From: Hyphomicrobiaceae bacterium
Lineage (GTDB): Bacteria > Pseudomonadota > Alphaproteobacteria > Rhizobiales > Hyphomicrobiaceae
DNA: 64,000 nt
Assembly: GCA_022842785.1 (NCBI GenBank)
Contig: JALHOW010000010.1
Span: 31,224-95,223 of the forward strand
Reading direction: 5' to 3'
Shown here: positions 18,838-28,521 of the stretch, piece by piece
How positions within the stretch are numbered: the first letter of the stretch is position 1
How the letters are laid out: each line of letters opens with the position of its first letter
Translations under genes and position numbers: made by a program
The notes under the pieces: model-generated
The model's database searches: none
Seen by the model: the letters and a program-made list of their open reading frames with translations, nothing else
Told to the model about the DNA's origin: nothing

Positions 18838-19731
18838 TCAAGGGCCCGATGGGGTGGCATTGTGGGGTAGCGGCTGGGAAGCATCGTCCTTCCGCGAAAA
18901 CTGATTGACCATGCACTTCAGTTGGCAGTCGTTCCAGTCGAAGGCCTCGCTCCGCTTGGCTGCTTTCGCTCTTTGCGATGAGCAACGGCTTTTGCAGGCA
19001 TCATTGGGGTTCGCAGGTTTGGGTTTCGCAGCCTTTGCGCTCGTTGGCTGGCGCTGCGCCCCTTCAATGGCGGGGCTGCGACTGACGGTCACGCGTTTTT
19101 CGTCCGACGCGATCGGTATTCCGGGGCTGTGCAGGCTATCGACCTTTGGCATCGCGATTGGCTGGATACCCTGCTGCTTGCCTTTGTCTCGAATTGAGCC
19201 CGTGGACTGAGGGGCTGTCACTCGCCAATCTGTTCTCCAGGCTGATGGCGCAGGCGATGGGGAAGGGGGCCGAGGAACAAGTGCGGCGAGGCAGGCGGCC
19301 ACAAAGCCAAGGACAATGAGCGCTGCCCACCCGTTCCCCAAGCTGGCCCTGCGTGCTGGAACCTCTGGCTGTGTCGGCGCTCTCTCGTCTACTGATATTC
19401 TTCGCGTGCCATACTCCGCGAGGGACTGAGCAGCGTCGGCAAATCCTCTTGCTCCGCCAGCTCTTGAGAACATGACAAGCTCATTCAACCCACTGGGGCT
19501 TGTCAGATGCAGCTCTTCATAGCGGCAGATCGGTAGCTGTCTGTTGAATGCAAACCGTCGATCCGGTCCGCCCTTCTTGTTGGGATGTTGCCAAGTGTGG
19601 TCCACTACTTGAGCATCTGTAGGAACGGTGCCACCTTCAATGTACCGAACGCTGCGCGCGTCGAGGTTGATCTGAGAGTATGAGATCGCTCCCGCGCTGT
19701 GTCGGTCCGTGACGAGCAGGAAGTCGGGGAA
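18838..19731 (-). pseudogene. Probably 5'-truncated gene whose N-part resembles the C-terminal region of DUF4236-type proteins, followed by TM and Pro-rich/CxxxC tail
   Basis: Reading upstream of the called GTG (19605) continues in frame: FPDFLLVTD...SVRYIEGGTVPTDAQVVDHTWQHPNKKGGPDRRF; no start codon before the in-frame stop at ~19795. Confidence 0.5.
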
Positions 19732-19959
19732 GCGGGGTCTTCGCAGCTCTGGAGGCCGACGCGCGGGGCCTATTCGAGGTTGGGTCTTCGATACTCAATA
19801 CTGTGCGCCTTTCGACGGGAGGGATCATGCGCGACGGAAACTCATCTCGCCGCCGCAACCCATGGAAATGGCTGCTGATATATCGCGCGTCAAGTGCTCC
19901 GGGGGCCGAGCCGTCGGTATTCACCATGAAAAGGTCGCTTGAGTGGCGATGGGCGGCGG

Positions 19960-19968
19960 TGTTATACA
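19960..19968 (+). repeat. TGTTATACA, probable integrase arm-type site at right end
   Basis: Identical to 10592-10600. Confidence 0.55.
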
Positions 19969-20000
19969 AGCGTCAGGAGGCGACGAAAATTTGCTAGTAA

Positions 20001-20013
20001 TATCAATGTATTC
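20001..20013 (+). promoter_or_regulatory. IHF-like site inside right island end
   Basis: TATCAATGTATTC matches WATCARNNNNTTR except the last base. Confidence 0.45.
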
Positions 20014-20028
20014 TGGATAAGAACTGGC

Positions 20029-20047
20029 AGTCCTATTCTGGGCACCA
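20029..20047 (+). repeat. attR core AGTCCTATTCTGGGCACCA
   Basis: Copy of tRNA-Leu 3' end with one mismatch (C10513 vs A20035). Confidence 0.9.
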
Positions 20048-20289
20048 CTTTCCCGCGATATCCCCTTGATGAGCCTCGAGTAGTTCGCTCAGGTGGCTCG
20101 ATGCCGCCGGAGCAGCCGCGCCCTGCTGCCGGGCCCCACGTGCGCCAAGCACGCGCCTCCGTGGTGCCCTCCGCGACACACATCGGTCTGTGCACAGGTT
20201 ACCCACCAGCGAGTTCAGGCCGTCTGATTGACCCCCCTTTAGAGGGTAGCTAGACGAGTTTGTGGCTTTTTTGTGCGTGCGTTAATCCG

Positions 20290-20820
20290 ATGGGGGCGTT
20301 CTTGAGGTCGAGCAAAGCAATCTTCTCCGCGGTTCTGACCGGTGGAGTTTTTATCGTCGCCGTGTCGGCCATGACGGGGTGCGCATCGGCGCAGTCGCGT
20401 TGGCAGGCCGAGGCACATGGTGACACCATTGGCACACAGGCCCGCCAGCAGCGGCGTCTGATGCGTCAGCACGAGCGGGCTGCCGAGCTGAGGCAGGACC
20501 GGCGTGAGCAGCGCCAGCAAATCAGACGCGCCCGAGTCATTCGGACATCGCCGGTGATCGCGGAAGACAAATGCCGTCCGAACCTCGCGGTGGTCGGTGA
20601 CCAGTATGCGAGCGAGAGCGGCGCGCAGGGTGAGGCCGACAAGGCCTGGATGCAGACGGCGCGTTGGCAGTGGGGCGAGCGCTATATGGCGCGCGAGCAC
20701 GCCGACGATGCCACGTACGAGTGTGGCCGGTCGTCGGTCGGCTCGGTCATCGGTCAGGTATTCTATCGCTGCCGTCTGACCGCGAAGCCCTGCCGGCCCG
20801 ACGCGTCGCCTGGAAAATAA
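20290..20820 (+). CDS. Hypothetical secreted protein/lipoprotein with four further Cys
   Basis: Hydrophobic N-terminus ending AMTGC (lipobox-like); Arg/Gln-rich helix; typical codon usage. Confidence 0.65.
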   Translation: MGAFLRSSKAIFSAVLTGGVFIVAVSAMTGCASAQSRWQAEAHGDTIGTQARQQRRLMRQHERAAELRQDRREQRQQIRRARVIRTSPVIAEDKCRPNLAVVGDQYASESGAQGEADKAWMQTARWQWGERYMAREHADDATYECGRSSVGSVIGQVFYRCRLTAKPCRPDASPGK

Positions 20821-20978
20821 TGGCCGCAACGCTGGCCCTGAATGCACGCACATCCAATCGAGCGGGCGGCGAATTGTTTTCGCCGCCCGCTGTTGTTCGC
20901 CAGACAAGCGCCCTCGTGATGCCCTGATCGTCAGTCCAGTCTCCGCGCCTCGGGAGACGGCACTGCAGAGTATCGCGA

Positions 20979-21890
20979 ATGAACGATGAGGCATGGCGCG
21001 CTGACGCCGCTGGCGAACAAGCGGCCAGCGATGTGCGGCGCCGCGACGCCTGGCTCGCCGCGCTCAAGCGCGTTTCGGAACGCTGGCTTCTGCCGCTGCC
21101 GTTCGGCCGCCTCTGGCATGAGCTCCTGCTCTTCGGTGTGTTGCAGGCGTGGGCCTGCCTCTTTGCCGGCATCCTGTTGGTCGCGATCGTGGCGACGAAG
21201 TTCGCGTGGCCGATCGGCGCGCCCATGCCCCGCTATGATTTCCTGTTTCTGATTGCGCTCGCGACGCAAGGCGCGTTGCTGGCCTTCAAGATGGAGCGCA
21301 TCGAGGAAGCCAAGGTCATTCTCATCTTCCATATCGTCGCGACGATCATGGAGATCTTCAAGACCACCAAAGGCTCGTGGCTCTATCCGGAAGCGAACTT
21401 CATCCGCATTGCCGGCGTGCCCCTGTTCTCGGGCTTCATGTATTCGGCCGTCGGCAGCTACATCGCGCGCTGCTGGCGCCTCTTCGATTTCCGCTTCTCG
21501 AACTATCCGCCCATCTGGACGACGTGGCTGCTGGCCGCGCTGATCTACGTGAACTTCTTCACCCACCATTACGTCGTCGACCTGCGCTATGGCCTCTTCG
21601 CCTTGGCAGCGCTGACCTACGGCCGCACTGTCATCCACTTCACGGTCGATACCGAGCCGCGCCGAATGCCGCTGCTGCTCGGCTTCTTTCTCGTCGCGCT
21701 CTTCATCTGGTTTGCCGAGAACATCAGCTCGTTCTCCGCCATCTGGCTCTATCCCCATCAGATCAAGGCGTGGTCGCCCGTCGGGCTCGGAAAACTCGGC
21801 TCCTGGTTCCTTCTGATGATCATCAGTTTCGTGCTCGTGGCGTCGGTTAACGCGCCGCGCCCGCTCGCATCCGGCAACAGGGCGGCCTGA
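20979..21890 (+). CDS. DUF817 family membrane protein
   Basis: FG.LQAWACLF, RYDFL, EEAKVILIFH, MEIFKT..GSW.YPE, PLFSGFMYSAVGSYIAR. Confidence 0.88.
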   Translation: MNDEAWRADAAGEQAASDVRRRDAWLAALKRVSERWLLPLPFGRLWHELLLFGVLQAWACLFAGILLVAIVATKFAWPIGAPMPRYDFLFLIALATQGALLAFKMERIEEAKVILIFHIVATIMEIFKTTKGSWLYPEANFIRIAGVPLFSGFMYSAVGSYIARCWRLFDFRFSNYPPIWTTWLLAALIYVNFFTHHYVVDLRYGLFALAALTYGRTVIHFTVDTEPRRMPLLLGFFLVALFIWFAENISSFSAIWLYPHQIKAWSPVGLGKLGSWFLLMIISFVLVASVNAPRPLASGNRAA

Positions 21891-22018
21891 TCGGCATCGG
21901 TCGGCAAGAAAGGGCAAGCGGGGGACGCCTCTGAGCGCCGTCGGCCCCGGTCGCTCGACGATTTCTGCCGCATTTCGTGCCATGTATGCGGAAACAAAGG
22001 AAATTGGAGACAACCGGC

Positions 22019-24310
22019 ATGGACGGCGATCGACCTGATGCGGATGATGGGCGCGGATCGCGCGCGTTCCGCTGGGTATTGCGTCGTGCGCGCCACGCTT
22101 TCGCCCTCTTCCGACCGTCACCATGCCGCCGCCCGTCACAGGAAAATGCGGCACAGATTCAGACGGGGGAGGCGCCAGCCACGGGTCGGGCGCCCTGGCG
22201 CCGCGGTGAGACGTCAAAGACGCGATCCCGCGGCGCCATCGTACGGACCGGCATTGTTGCTGCTGTCGCGGCTCTCGTTTGCATTTCTCCCATCCTCGCA
22301 CTGGAGCTGGCTGCGCGCTGGTCCGCACCGCCGAGCCTCGAGCGCGCGAGCCACACTTCAACGGTCGTTCTTGACCGCCGGGATCGCCTGCTGCGTGCCT
22401 TCACGACACCGGATGACATCTGGCGCTTGCCGATCGCGGTGGGGGATGTGGATGCGCGCTATCTCGACATGCTCCTCGCCTTCGAGGATCGGCGCTTCCG
22501 CTCGCACGGTGGTGTCGATGCTCTCGCGACGCTGCGTGCGGGGTGGCAGTTCCTGAGCCACGGACGGATCGTCTCGGGCTCGTCGACACTGACGATGCAG
22601 ACAGCGCGCCTGCTGAGTGGCGAGCATCCGCGAACGCTCACCGGCAAGCTCGAACAGATGGTGCGCGCACGCCAGCTCGAGCTGATGCTCGGCAAGGACC
22701 AGATCCTCGACATCTATCTGCGGCTCGCGCCCTTCGGCGGGAACATCGAGGGTGTGCGCGCGGCATCGCTCGCCTATTTCGGCAAGGAGCCGCGACGCCT
22801 TTCTCCCGGCGAGGCTGCACTCCTCGTGGCGCTCCCGCAGAGCCCCTCCATGCGCCGCCCGGATCGCAATCCGGAGAATGCCCGGCGCGCGCGCGATCGC
22901 GTTCTTGCGCGCGCACGCGAGGCTGGAGTCATCAAGGAGGAAGAAGCGCGCGCGGCGGTGACTGAAGCCGCGCCGACAGTGCGGCGCACCTTCGGGATGC
23001 TCGCGCCTCACCTCGCCGAAAGCGAGGTCGCGCGTCGGCCCAACGAGCGTGTGCACCGCTTGACGCTCGATCGCGATGCGCAGACGGCGCTCGAGCGGGC
23101 GGCGCGCGAACACACGGAGGCGCTCGGTTCACGGCTCTCGAGTGCGGTGCTCGCACTCGATCACACGACGGGCGATATCCTCGCTTATGTCGGTTCCGCG
23201 GATTACTTCGACAGTGGTCGCCTCGGTGCGATCGACATGGTGCAAGCCGTGCGCTCGCCGGGATCGACACTGAAGCCGATCATCTATGGCATTGCGTTCG
23301 AGGCAGGTCGCGCACATCCGGAGACACTCATCGATGACCGGCCGACACGCTTCGGCACGTACCATCCGAAGAACTTCGACCAGAGCTTCCGCGGCACCGT
23401 AACGATCCGCGAGGCGCTTGGGCTCTCGTTGAACATCCCGGCCGTGCAGGTGCTCTCCGAGATCGGGCCGGCGCGTCTCAATGGCCGCCTGCGCCGTGCG
23501 GGCCTCAAGACCGAGCTTCCAGCGGGCGCGCAGCCGACACTCGCGATTGCGCTCGGAGGTATCGGCCTTCGGCTGCAGGATCTGGCGACGCTGTATGCAG
23601 CTCTCGCCAGTGGCGGACGCGCGATGGAGCCGAACTACCTCAAAGGGGAGCGGCGCGGCTTTACGAAGGCGCCACCGCGGCTCTTGTCGCCGGTCTCCGC
23701 CTGGTATGTGACGGACATCCTCAAGGACGCGCCGCCGCCGGCCAATGCGCGCGGTGGGCGGATCGCCTACAAGACTGGGACGTCCTACGGTTATCGCGAT
23801 GCCTGGGCTGTGGGCTATGACGGCAAGCATGTGATCGCCGTCTGGATCGGCCGCGCCGACGGCACGGCGACACCGGGCTTGAGCGGTCATTCAGCCGCCG
23901 CGCCTTTGCTCTTCGATGCCTTCGCGCGCATTGCCGACAAGACGACGCCGTTGCCGGCCGCGCCACCGGGCGCCATTCGCGCGACGAGCGGGACGCTGCC
24001 GCCGCCGCTCCGTCGCTTCGGCGATGACGCGCGCGGGCAGGAGACCGCGACATTTCTGGAGCCGCTCGTGCGCATTGCCTTCCCGCCGGATCGCGCCGAA
24101 CTCGAGCACGACGATGGCGAGGACGCCGCGGTGATGCTGAAGGCTGAAGGGGGGGCGCTGCCTCTGACCTGGCTGGCGGATGGGGCGCCTATCTCGTCCG
24201 ATCCGCAGCGTCGCGACGTGGAGTGGCGGCCGGATGGACGCGGCTTCGCGCGCATTACCGTGATCGACGCGAAGGGCAAGAGCGATCGAGTCGACATCCG
24301 GCTGAAGTAG
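22019..24310 (+). CDS. pbpC: Penicillin-binding protein 1C
   Basis: Transglycosylase FEDRRF/SGSSTLTMQTARLL, transpeptidase SPGSTLKP, SLN, KTGTS, C-terminal BiPBP domain; start from GGAG RBS. Confidence 0.93.
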   Translation: MDGDRPDADDGRGSRAFRWVLRRARHAFALFRPSPCRRPSQENAAQIQTGEAPATGRAPWRRGETSKTRSRGAIVRTGIVAAVAALVCISPILALELAARWSAPPSLERASHTSTVVLDRRDRLLRAFTTPDDIWRLPIAVGDVDARYLDMLLAFEDRRFRSHGGVDALATLRAGWQFLSHGRIVSGSSTLTMQTARLLSGEHPRTLTGKLEQMVRARQLELMLGKDQILDIYLRLAPFGGNIEGVRAASLAYFGKEPRRLSPGEAALLVALPQSPSMRRPDRNPENARRARDRVLARAREAGVIKEEEARAAVTEAAPTVRRTFGMLAPHLAESEVARRPNERVHRLTLDRDAQTALERAAREHTEALGSRLSSAVLALDHTTGDILAYVGSADYFDSGRLGAIDMVQAVRSPGSTLKPIIYGIAFEAGRAHPETLIDDRPTRFGTYHPKNFDQSFRGTVTIREALGLSLNIPAVQVLSEIGPARLNGRLRRAGLKTELPAGAQPTLAIALGGIGLRLQDLATLYAALASGGRAMEPNYLKGERRGFTKAPPRLLSPVSAWYVTDILKDAPPPANARGGRIAYKTGTSYGYRDAWAVGYDGKHVIAVWIGRADGTATPGLSGHSAAAPLLFDAFARIADKTTPLPAAPPGAIRATSGTLPPPLRRFGDDARGQETATFLEPLVRIAFPPDRAELEHDDGEDAAVMLKAEGGALPLTWLADGAPISSDPQRRDVEWRPDGRGFARITVIDAKGKSDRVDIRLK

Positions 24311-24320
24311 CGGGCGTGCG

Positions 24321-25766
24321 CTACGTCGGCGGCACTTTCCCGGGGCGTGGATCGATGGGCACGAGCTTGTCGAGACCTGTCAGCTCTTCGAAGGCTGCGC
24401 CGGCCGCGAGCAGCGCCGCTTCGCCACGCGGTGGCGCGATGATCTGCAACCCGACTGGCCTTCCGAACTGGTCGAAGCCGCACGGCAGGGCGAGCGACGG
24501 CACGCCCATGAGCGTCGGGATCGCCGTGATCAGCGAGCCGCCGAGATAGTGCTCGACGACCTTGCCATCGATCTTCTCCGGCATCCGCCGCGTAACGTCG
24601 AAAGCCGGCGTCGAGGAGCCGGGCGTGATCAGCAGGTCGTAGGTCTCGAAGAAGGCCGCAACGCGTCGGTAGAAGGCCGCACGCTCCCGCTCCGCCCAAC
24701 CGATCCGCGAAGGCGTTGCCTCGAGGCCGAGCTTCGTATTCCAGATGATGTCCTGCTTGAACTTGTCGGGGTATTGCGCGATCTGCAACTCACGATCGAC
24801 GACGTAAGACTGCGCGCGGAGCACCATGAAGGCGTCTGCGATCTGCCCGACGTCGGGTGCTGCCTCCTCTACTGTCGCGCCAAGCTCCTTAAAGCGCTGC
24901 ACCGCCTTGGCGCAGATCTCGCGCGTCTCGCTGTCCATGGGCGCCGCGCCACCGAAGCTGGCGGACCATGCGACGCGGCGGGGCAGCTTGCGGGCCGCCA
25001 CGGCATCGCTGAAGGCCTGCGCGGGCGCGTCGAAGGTCTGGGGATCACGCGGGCAGAAGCCGGCCATGCTGTCGAGGAAGAGGGCGACGTCCGGCACATT
25101 GCGCGCCATGGGGCCCTGCACCGAGAGCGGTGCGTAGAGGTTGTTCGACGTCCCGCGCGTCACGCGGCCGGGCGAGGGTCTCAGGCCAACGACGCTGCAG
25201 TACGTGGCGGGCCGCCTGAGGCTGCCTGCATGGTCGCTGCCATGCGCGAGCCAAGCCTCTCCAGCGGCGAGCGAGGCGGCACCACCGCCCGTCGAGCCGC
25301 CGCAGGTGAGCGCTGTATTCCAGGGATTGGTCGTGCGCCCGAAGACTTCGTTGAAGGTCGAGCCACCCGAGCCGAACTCCGGTGTGTTCGATTTGGCGAT
25401 GACGATGCCGCCCTTGCGCTCGATGCGCTCGACGAGCGGGTGCGACGCGGTGGGAATGTGATCCTTGAAGATGGGTGAACCGTACGTCGTGCGCACGCCG
25501 GCGACATCGGTCAGATCCTTGATCGTGACGGGCAGGCCCGCCAGCCAGCCCGCCTCGCCTTCGGCGTCGCGCCGTTCGCCCCGCATGAGGGCACGGGCGT
25601 GATCGCGTGCACGGTCGAGGCAGAGCGTCGGTAGTGCATTGATTGCACCCTCGCAGGCCGCAATGCGCTTCTCGGCCGCATCGATCAGGTCGAGCGGCGT
25701 GATCTCCTTACTGCGGAGGCGGCGGACGGCCTCGCGTGCGGTCATGCGGATGAATTCGTCGGACAT
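24321..25766 (-). CDS. Amidase signature family protein
   Basis: GLPVTIKD, KSNTPEFG, GGSTGG, GSDHAGSLRRPA. Confidence 0.9.
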   Translation of the reverse strand: MSDEFIRMTAREAVRRLRSKEITPLDLIDAAEKRIAACEGAINALPTLCLDRARDHARALMRGERRDAEGEAGWLAGLPVTIKDLTDVAGVRTTYGSPIFKDHIPTASHPLVERIERKGGIVIAKSNTPEFGSGGSTFNEVFGRTTNPWNTALTCGGSTGGGAASLAAGEAWLAHGSDHAGSLRRPATYCSVVGLRPSPGRVTRGTSNNLYAPLSVQGPMARNVPDVALFLDSMAGFCPRDPQTFDAPAQAFSDAVAARKLPRRVAWSASFGGAAPMDSETREICAKAVQRFKELGATVEEAAPDVGQIADAFMVLRAQSYVVDRELQIAQYPDKFKQDIIWNTKLGLEATPSRIGWAERERAAFYRRVAAFFETYDLLITPGSSTPAFDVTRRMPEKIDGKVVEHYLGGSLITAIPTLMGVPSLALPCGFDQFGRPVGLQIIAPPRGEAALLAAGAAFEELTGLDKLVPIDPRPGKVPPT

Positions 25767-25786
25767 GGGTGCAATCCCTCTGAGGA

Positions 25787-26857
25787 TCAGTTGCGGCGCG
25801 CGGGGCCGATCTTGTCGAGCGGGCCGAGTGCGCGTTCGAGCATGGGCACGACCTCGCCTGCGAAGCGCTCGATGGATCTCAATGCGGTTGCGAGGGGCGA
25901 CGCGCCAGCCTGGAACTGGAGCAGCATGTGCACGGGCTCCGCCGCGCGGATCAGGCCGGCCATGCGCTCGGCGACGGTCGTCGCGTCACCGACCAGAACC
26001 GAGGCCGAGAAGACGTCGAGCGGCGGCTCGCCCTCGTACGGCTTCTCGATGAGCATGGCCCCGTCGATCAGCTCCTCGCGGCGGCGCAGGCTTTGCGAGA
26101 GCCGGATCTGGTGGCGTAGATTGTCGATGAAGTCGGCCGCTTCGGCCTTGCTGTCGGTGATGCAGACATGGCGCAAGGGCGCGATCGCGGGCTGCCTGGC
26201 CTCGAGCCCCTGCTCGGCGTAGATCCGGCCGATGCTGGCCTTCACCTCGCTGAGCTGGGCGACCGAGGCGTGACGGGGTGTCAGCATTATCGGCCAGCCC
26301 TTGCGGGCGGCGAGGCCCTGCAGCGTCCGGTTATCGCCCGCGATCCAGATATCGGGCAGCTTGCCCGTCGGCCGCGAGGCGATATGCGTTTCGGGAAGTT
26401 CGTAGAAGCGGCCTTTGTGGCTGAATGTTTCGTCCGAGAAAGCCTTCTCCAGAATCTCCACGAACTCGACGAGTTTCGGGGCCGAATCGGCGAGATTTTC
26501 GCCGAATCTCTCGAATTCGTAGGGCTGGTATCCACTCCCGATCCCTAGAATCAGCCGGCCGTGACAAAGCGCATCGACCATCCCGATTTCCGATGCCAGC
26601 CGGACGGGGTTGTAAAGCGGCACCACAACGACCCCGCTTGCGAGCTTGATTCGCGAGGTTTCGCCGGCAAGCCGCGCGACCATCATCAGCGGTGAGGGGC
26701 ATGTGCAATAATTCGAGAAATGGTGCTCGGCGAACCAGGCGATATCGAAACCGGCGGCCTCGGCGGCCTTCACCTGCGCGATCGCCCCGTCATAGAGCGT
26801 GGCCGCAGCTGTTCTGGGCGTGCGATAGCCCATCAGATTGAAGATGCCGAAGTTCAT
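25787..26857 (-). CDS. Luciferase-like (LLM class) flavin-dependent monooxygenase
   Basis: MNFGIF, AEAAGFDIAWFAEHHFSNY, P.LM...LAGETSRIKL, GRLILGIGSGY. Confidence 0.9.
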   Translation of the reverse strand: MNFGIFNLMGYRTPRTAAATLYDGAIAQVKAAEAAGFDIAWFAEHHFSNYCTCPSPLMMVARLAGETSRIKLASGVVVVPLYNPVRLASEIGMVDALCHGRLILGIGSGYQPYEFERFGENLADSAPKLVEFVEILEKAFSDETFSHKGRFYELPETHIASRPTGKLPDIWIAGDNRTLQGLAARKGWPIMLTPRHASVAQLSEVKASIGRIYAEQGLEARQPAIAPLRHVCITDSKAEAADFIDNLRHQIRLSQSLRRREELIDGAMLIEKPYEGEPPLDVFSASVLVGDATTVAERMAGLIRAAEPVHMLLQFQAGASPLATALRSIERFAGEVVPMLERALGPLDKIGPARRN

Positions 26858-27134
26858 GAGCACGCTCCCCGCCGGTTCGTCTGCAGGATGATCCTGCAAC
26901 ATCGGCCTCGGAGGCCGGTTTCCCGGCAGTTTGTCCGAGCTTGGGGAGCAAGGGAACCCCGAGGCTGGCCAGTGGAGCCGCGCTCAGAGGAGGACATACA
27001 TACCAAATTGGCCTATCGGGCCAAGGCGTCACGGAAACTCAGGGCCTAAAAATGCATCGACCGGTGCCGTGATCGAGACGGTACCGGTCGACGGGGACAT
27101 AAGAAACGCCGCGAGCGACTACGGGAAGTCGCTC

Positions 27135-27404
27135 TTAAGCGCGCTTGCGGCGGGCTGCCGGCTTACGGGCGGCGGCCTTCTTCGCGGGGGCGCGACGAAC
27201 CTTCGAGGTGGCGGCCTTGCGGCGGGCGGGGCCAGCGCGCTTCACGGCGGTCTTCTTTACGGCGCGCTTCGCCGGGGCCTTCTTCGCAACGGTCTTCTTC
27301 GCAACGGTCTTCTTCTTGGCGACTTTCTTCTTGGCAACCTTCTTCACGGGCGCCTTCGTCATCGTCGTAGTGGTCGTTGTGGTCTTCTTTGCAATCTTAG
27401 CCAT
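27135..27404 (-). CDS. Histone-H1-like basic protein (89 aa)
   Basis: AGGAG RBS; 26 Lys + 10 Arg, no acidic residues; VAKKK/TVAKK pentapeptide repeats. Confidence 0.8.
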   Translation of the reverse strand: MAKIAKKTTTTTTTMTKAPVKKVAKKKVAKKKTVAKKTVAKKAPAKRAVKKTAVKRAGPARRKAATSKVRRAPAKKAAARKPAARRKRA

Positions 27405-27494
27405 GTTGATATCTCCTATCTCTTCCCGGTAGCAAGTCACTCGCCTGTCAAGACGAATCGTGTCCACTTGCAAGGATGAATGTGAGATTTGGTA

Positions 27495-27510
27495 GTTAAT
27501 GGGAAGTTAA
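27495..27510 (-). promoter_or_regulatory. CtrA box TTAA-N7-TTAAC
   Basis: Minus strand TTAACTTCCCATTAAC, about 90 bp upstream of the H1-like ATG. Confidence 0.75.
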
Positions 27511-27703
27511 TGAATTCAAATCCCGATACTCCGCTGAGATAATCGGAATAACTTTCTCGATCGCTTTCTGCGCAGCGATAATGAAAGTAATGCAATAAAA
27601 TCGGCCATATTCGCTCGCTCGCCGATGTTGCTGGACGGCCTCGAAAATTTCGCGCTAGCATGCGCGTCGGAAAGCGCTTGAACGCGCCGTTGAGGGCAGA
27701 GAA

Positions 27704-28516
27704 GTGATCGAAATCGAGCGAGTCGCGCGAATCATGCGCGAAGTTGCAGCGGAAGAAATCGTGCCGCGTTGGCGCAATCTCGCCGGTGCAGACGTCGTCG
27801 AAAAGACTGGTCCGAGCGACATCGTGACGGTCGCGGATCGCGCAGCGGAGGTCGCGCTCACGCGTCGGCTTGCCGAGTTGATCGCAGGCTCGCGCGTCGT
27901 CGGCGAGGAAGCCGTGCACGCCGATCCGACGGTCCTGCAGCACTTTGCGAGCGGCGATCCCGTGTGGGTGATCGATCCGATCGATGGCACGAGCGCATTC
28001 GCCAAGGGCGAGTCCGGCTTCACGGTGATGGTCGCGCTCGTGCGCGGTGAAGAGCTGCTCGCTGGATGGATTCTCGCGCCCTCTAGTGGTGAACTGCACA
28101 TGGGTGAGCGCGGAAGTGGTGCCTACCGTGTGCGCGACGGCGCCGTCACACGGCTGCCGCGCCCTTCGATTCCGACCATGAACAAGGAGCTGATCGGTCT
28201 CCTCGGCCGCCGGCACATGAGCGACGCGCGTCGCGCGGAACTTAAGGCACGGGCCGGGGCCTTCGCGGCTCTTCAGAATGTTTCCTGCGCGGGCATGGAC
28301 TATCCGCGGCTGCTTTCAGGAAGCGCGCACTTCGCGATCTACAACAAATCCGAACCCTGGGATCATCTGCCGGGCCTCACGCTCGCCAGCGAACAAGGCT
28401 TTGCGTTCTGCAAGCACGACGGCAGCGCCTATCGGCCGGGTGACAACGCCGGCGGTCTCGTCATCGCGCCGAGCGAGGCCGTCGCCGGGGATATCCGACG
28501 GCTGCTGCTCGCCTGA
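27704..28516 (+). CDS. Inositol monophosphatase family protein
   Basis: DIVTVAD, VVGEE, WVIDPIDGT, WDH.PG. Confidence 0.9.
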   Translation: MIEIERVARIMREVAAEEIVPRWRNLAGADVVEKTGPSDIVTVADRAAEVALTRRLAELIAGSRVVGEEAVHADPTVLQHFASGDPVWVIDPIDGTSAFAKGESGFTVMVALVRGEELLAGWILAPSSGELHMGERGSGAYRVRDGAVTRLPRPSIPTMNKELIGLLGRRHMSDARRAELKARAGAFAALQNVSCAGMDYPRLLSGSAHFAIYNKSEPWDHLPGLTLASEQGFAFCKHDGSAYRPGDNAGGLVIAPSEAVAGDIRRLLLA

Positions 28517-28521
28517 GGCCG

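Noticed and set aside
19637-19969. ORF containing FHGLRR, reminiscent of an integrase box II
   Set aside because: No other recombinase motif, no RBS, and a short motif can arise by chance
27240-27360. 15-bp-period DNA repeats
   Set aside because: Explained by the pentapeptide repeats of the H1-like protein; not a CRISPR or satellite
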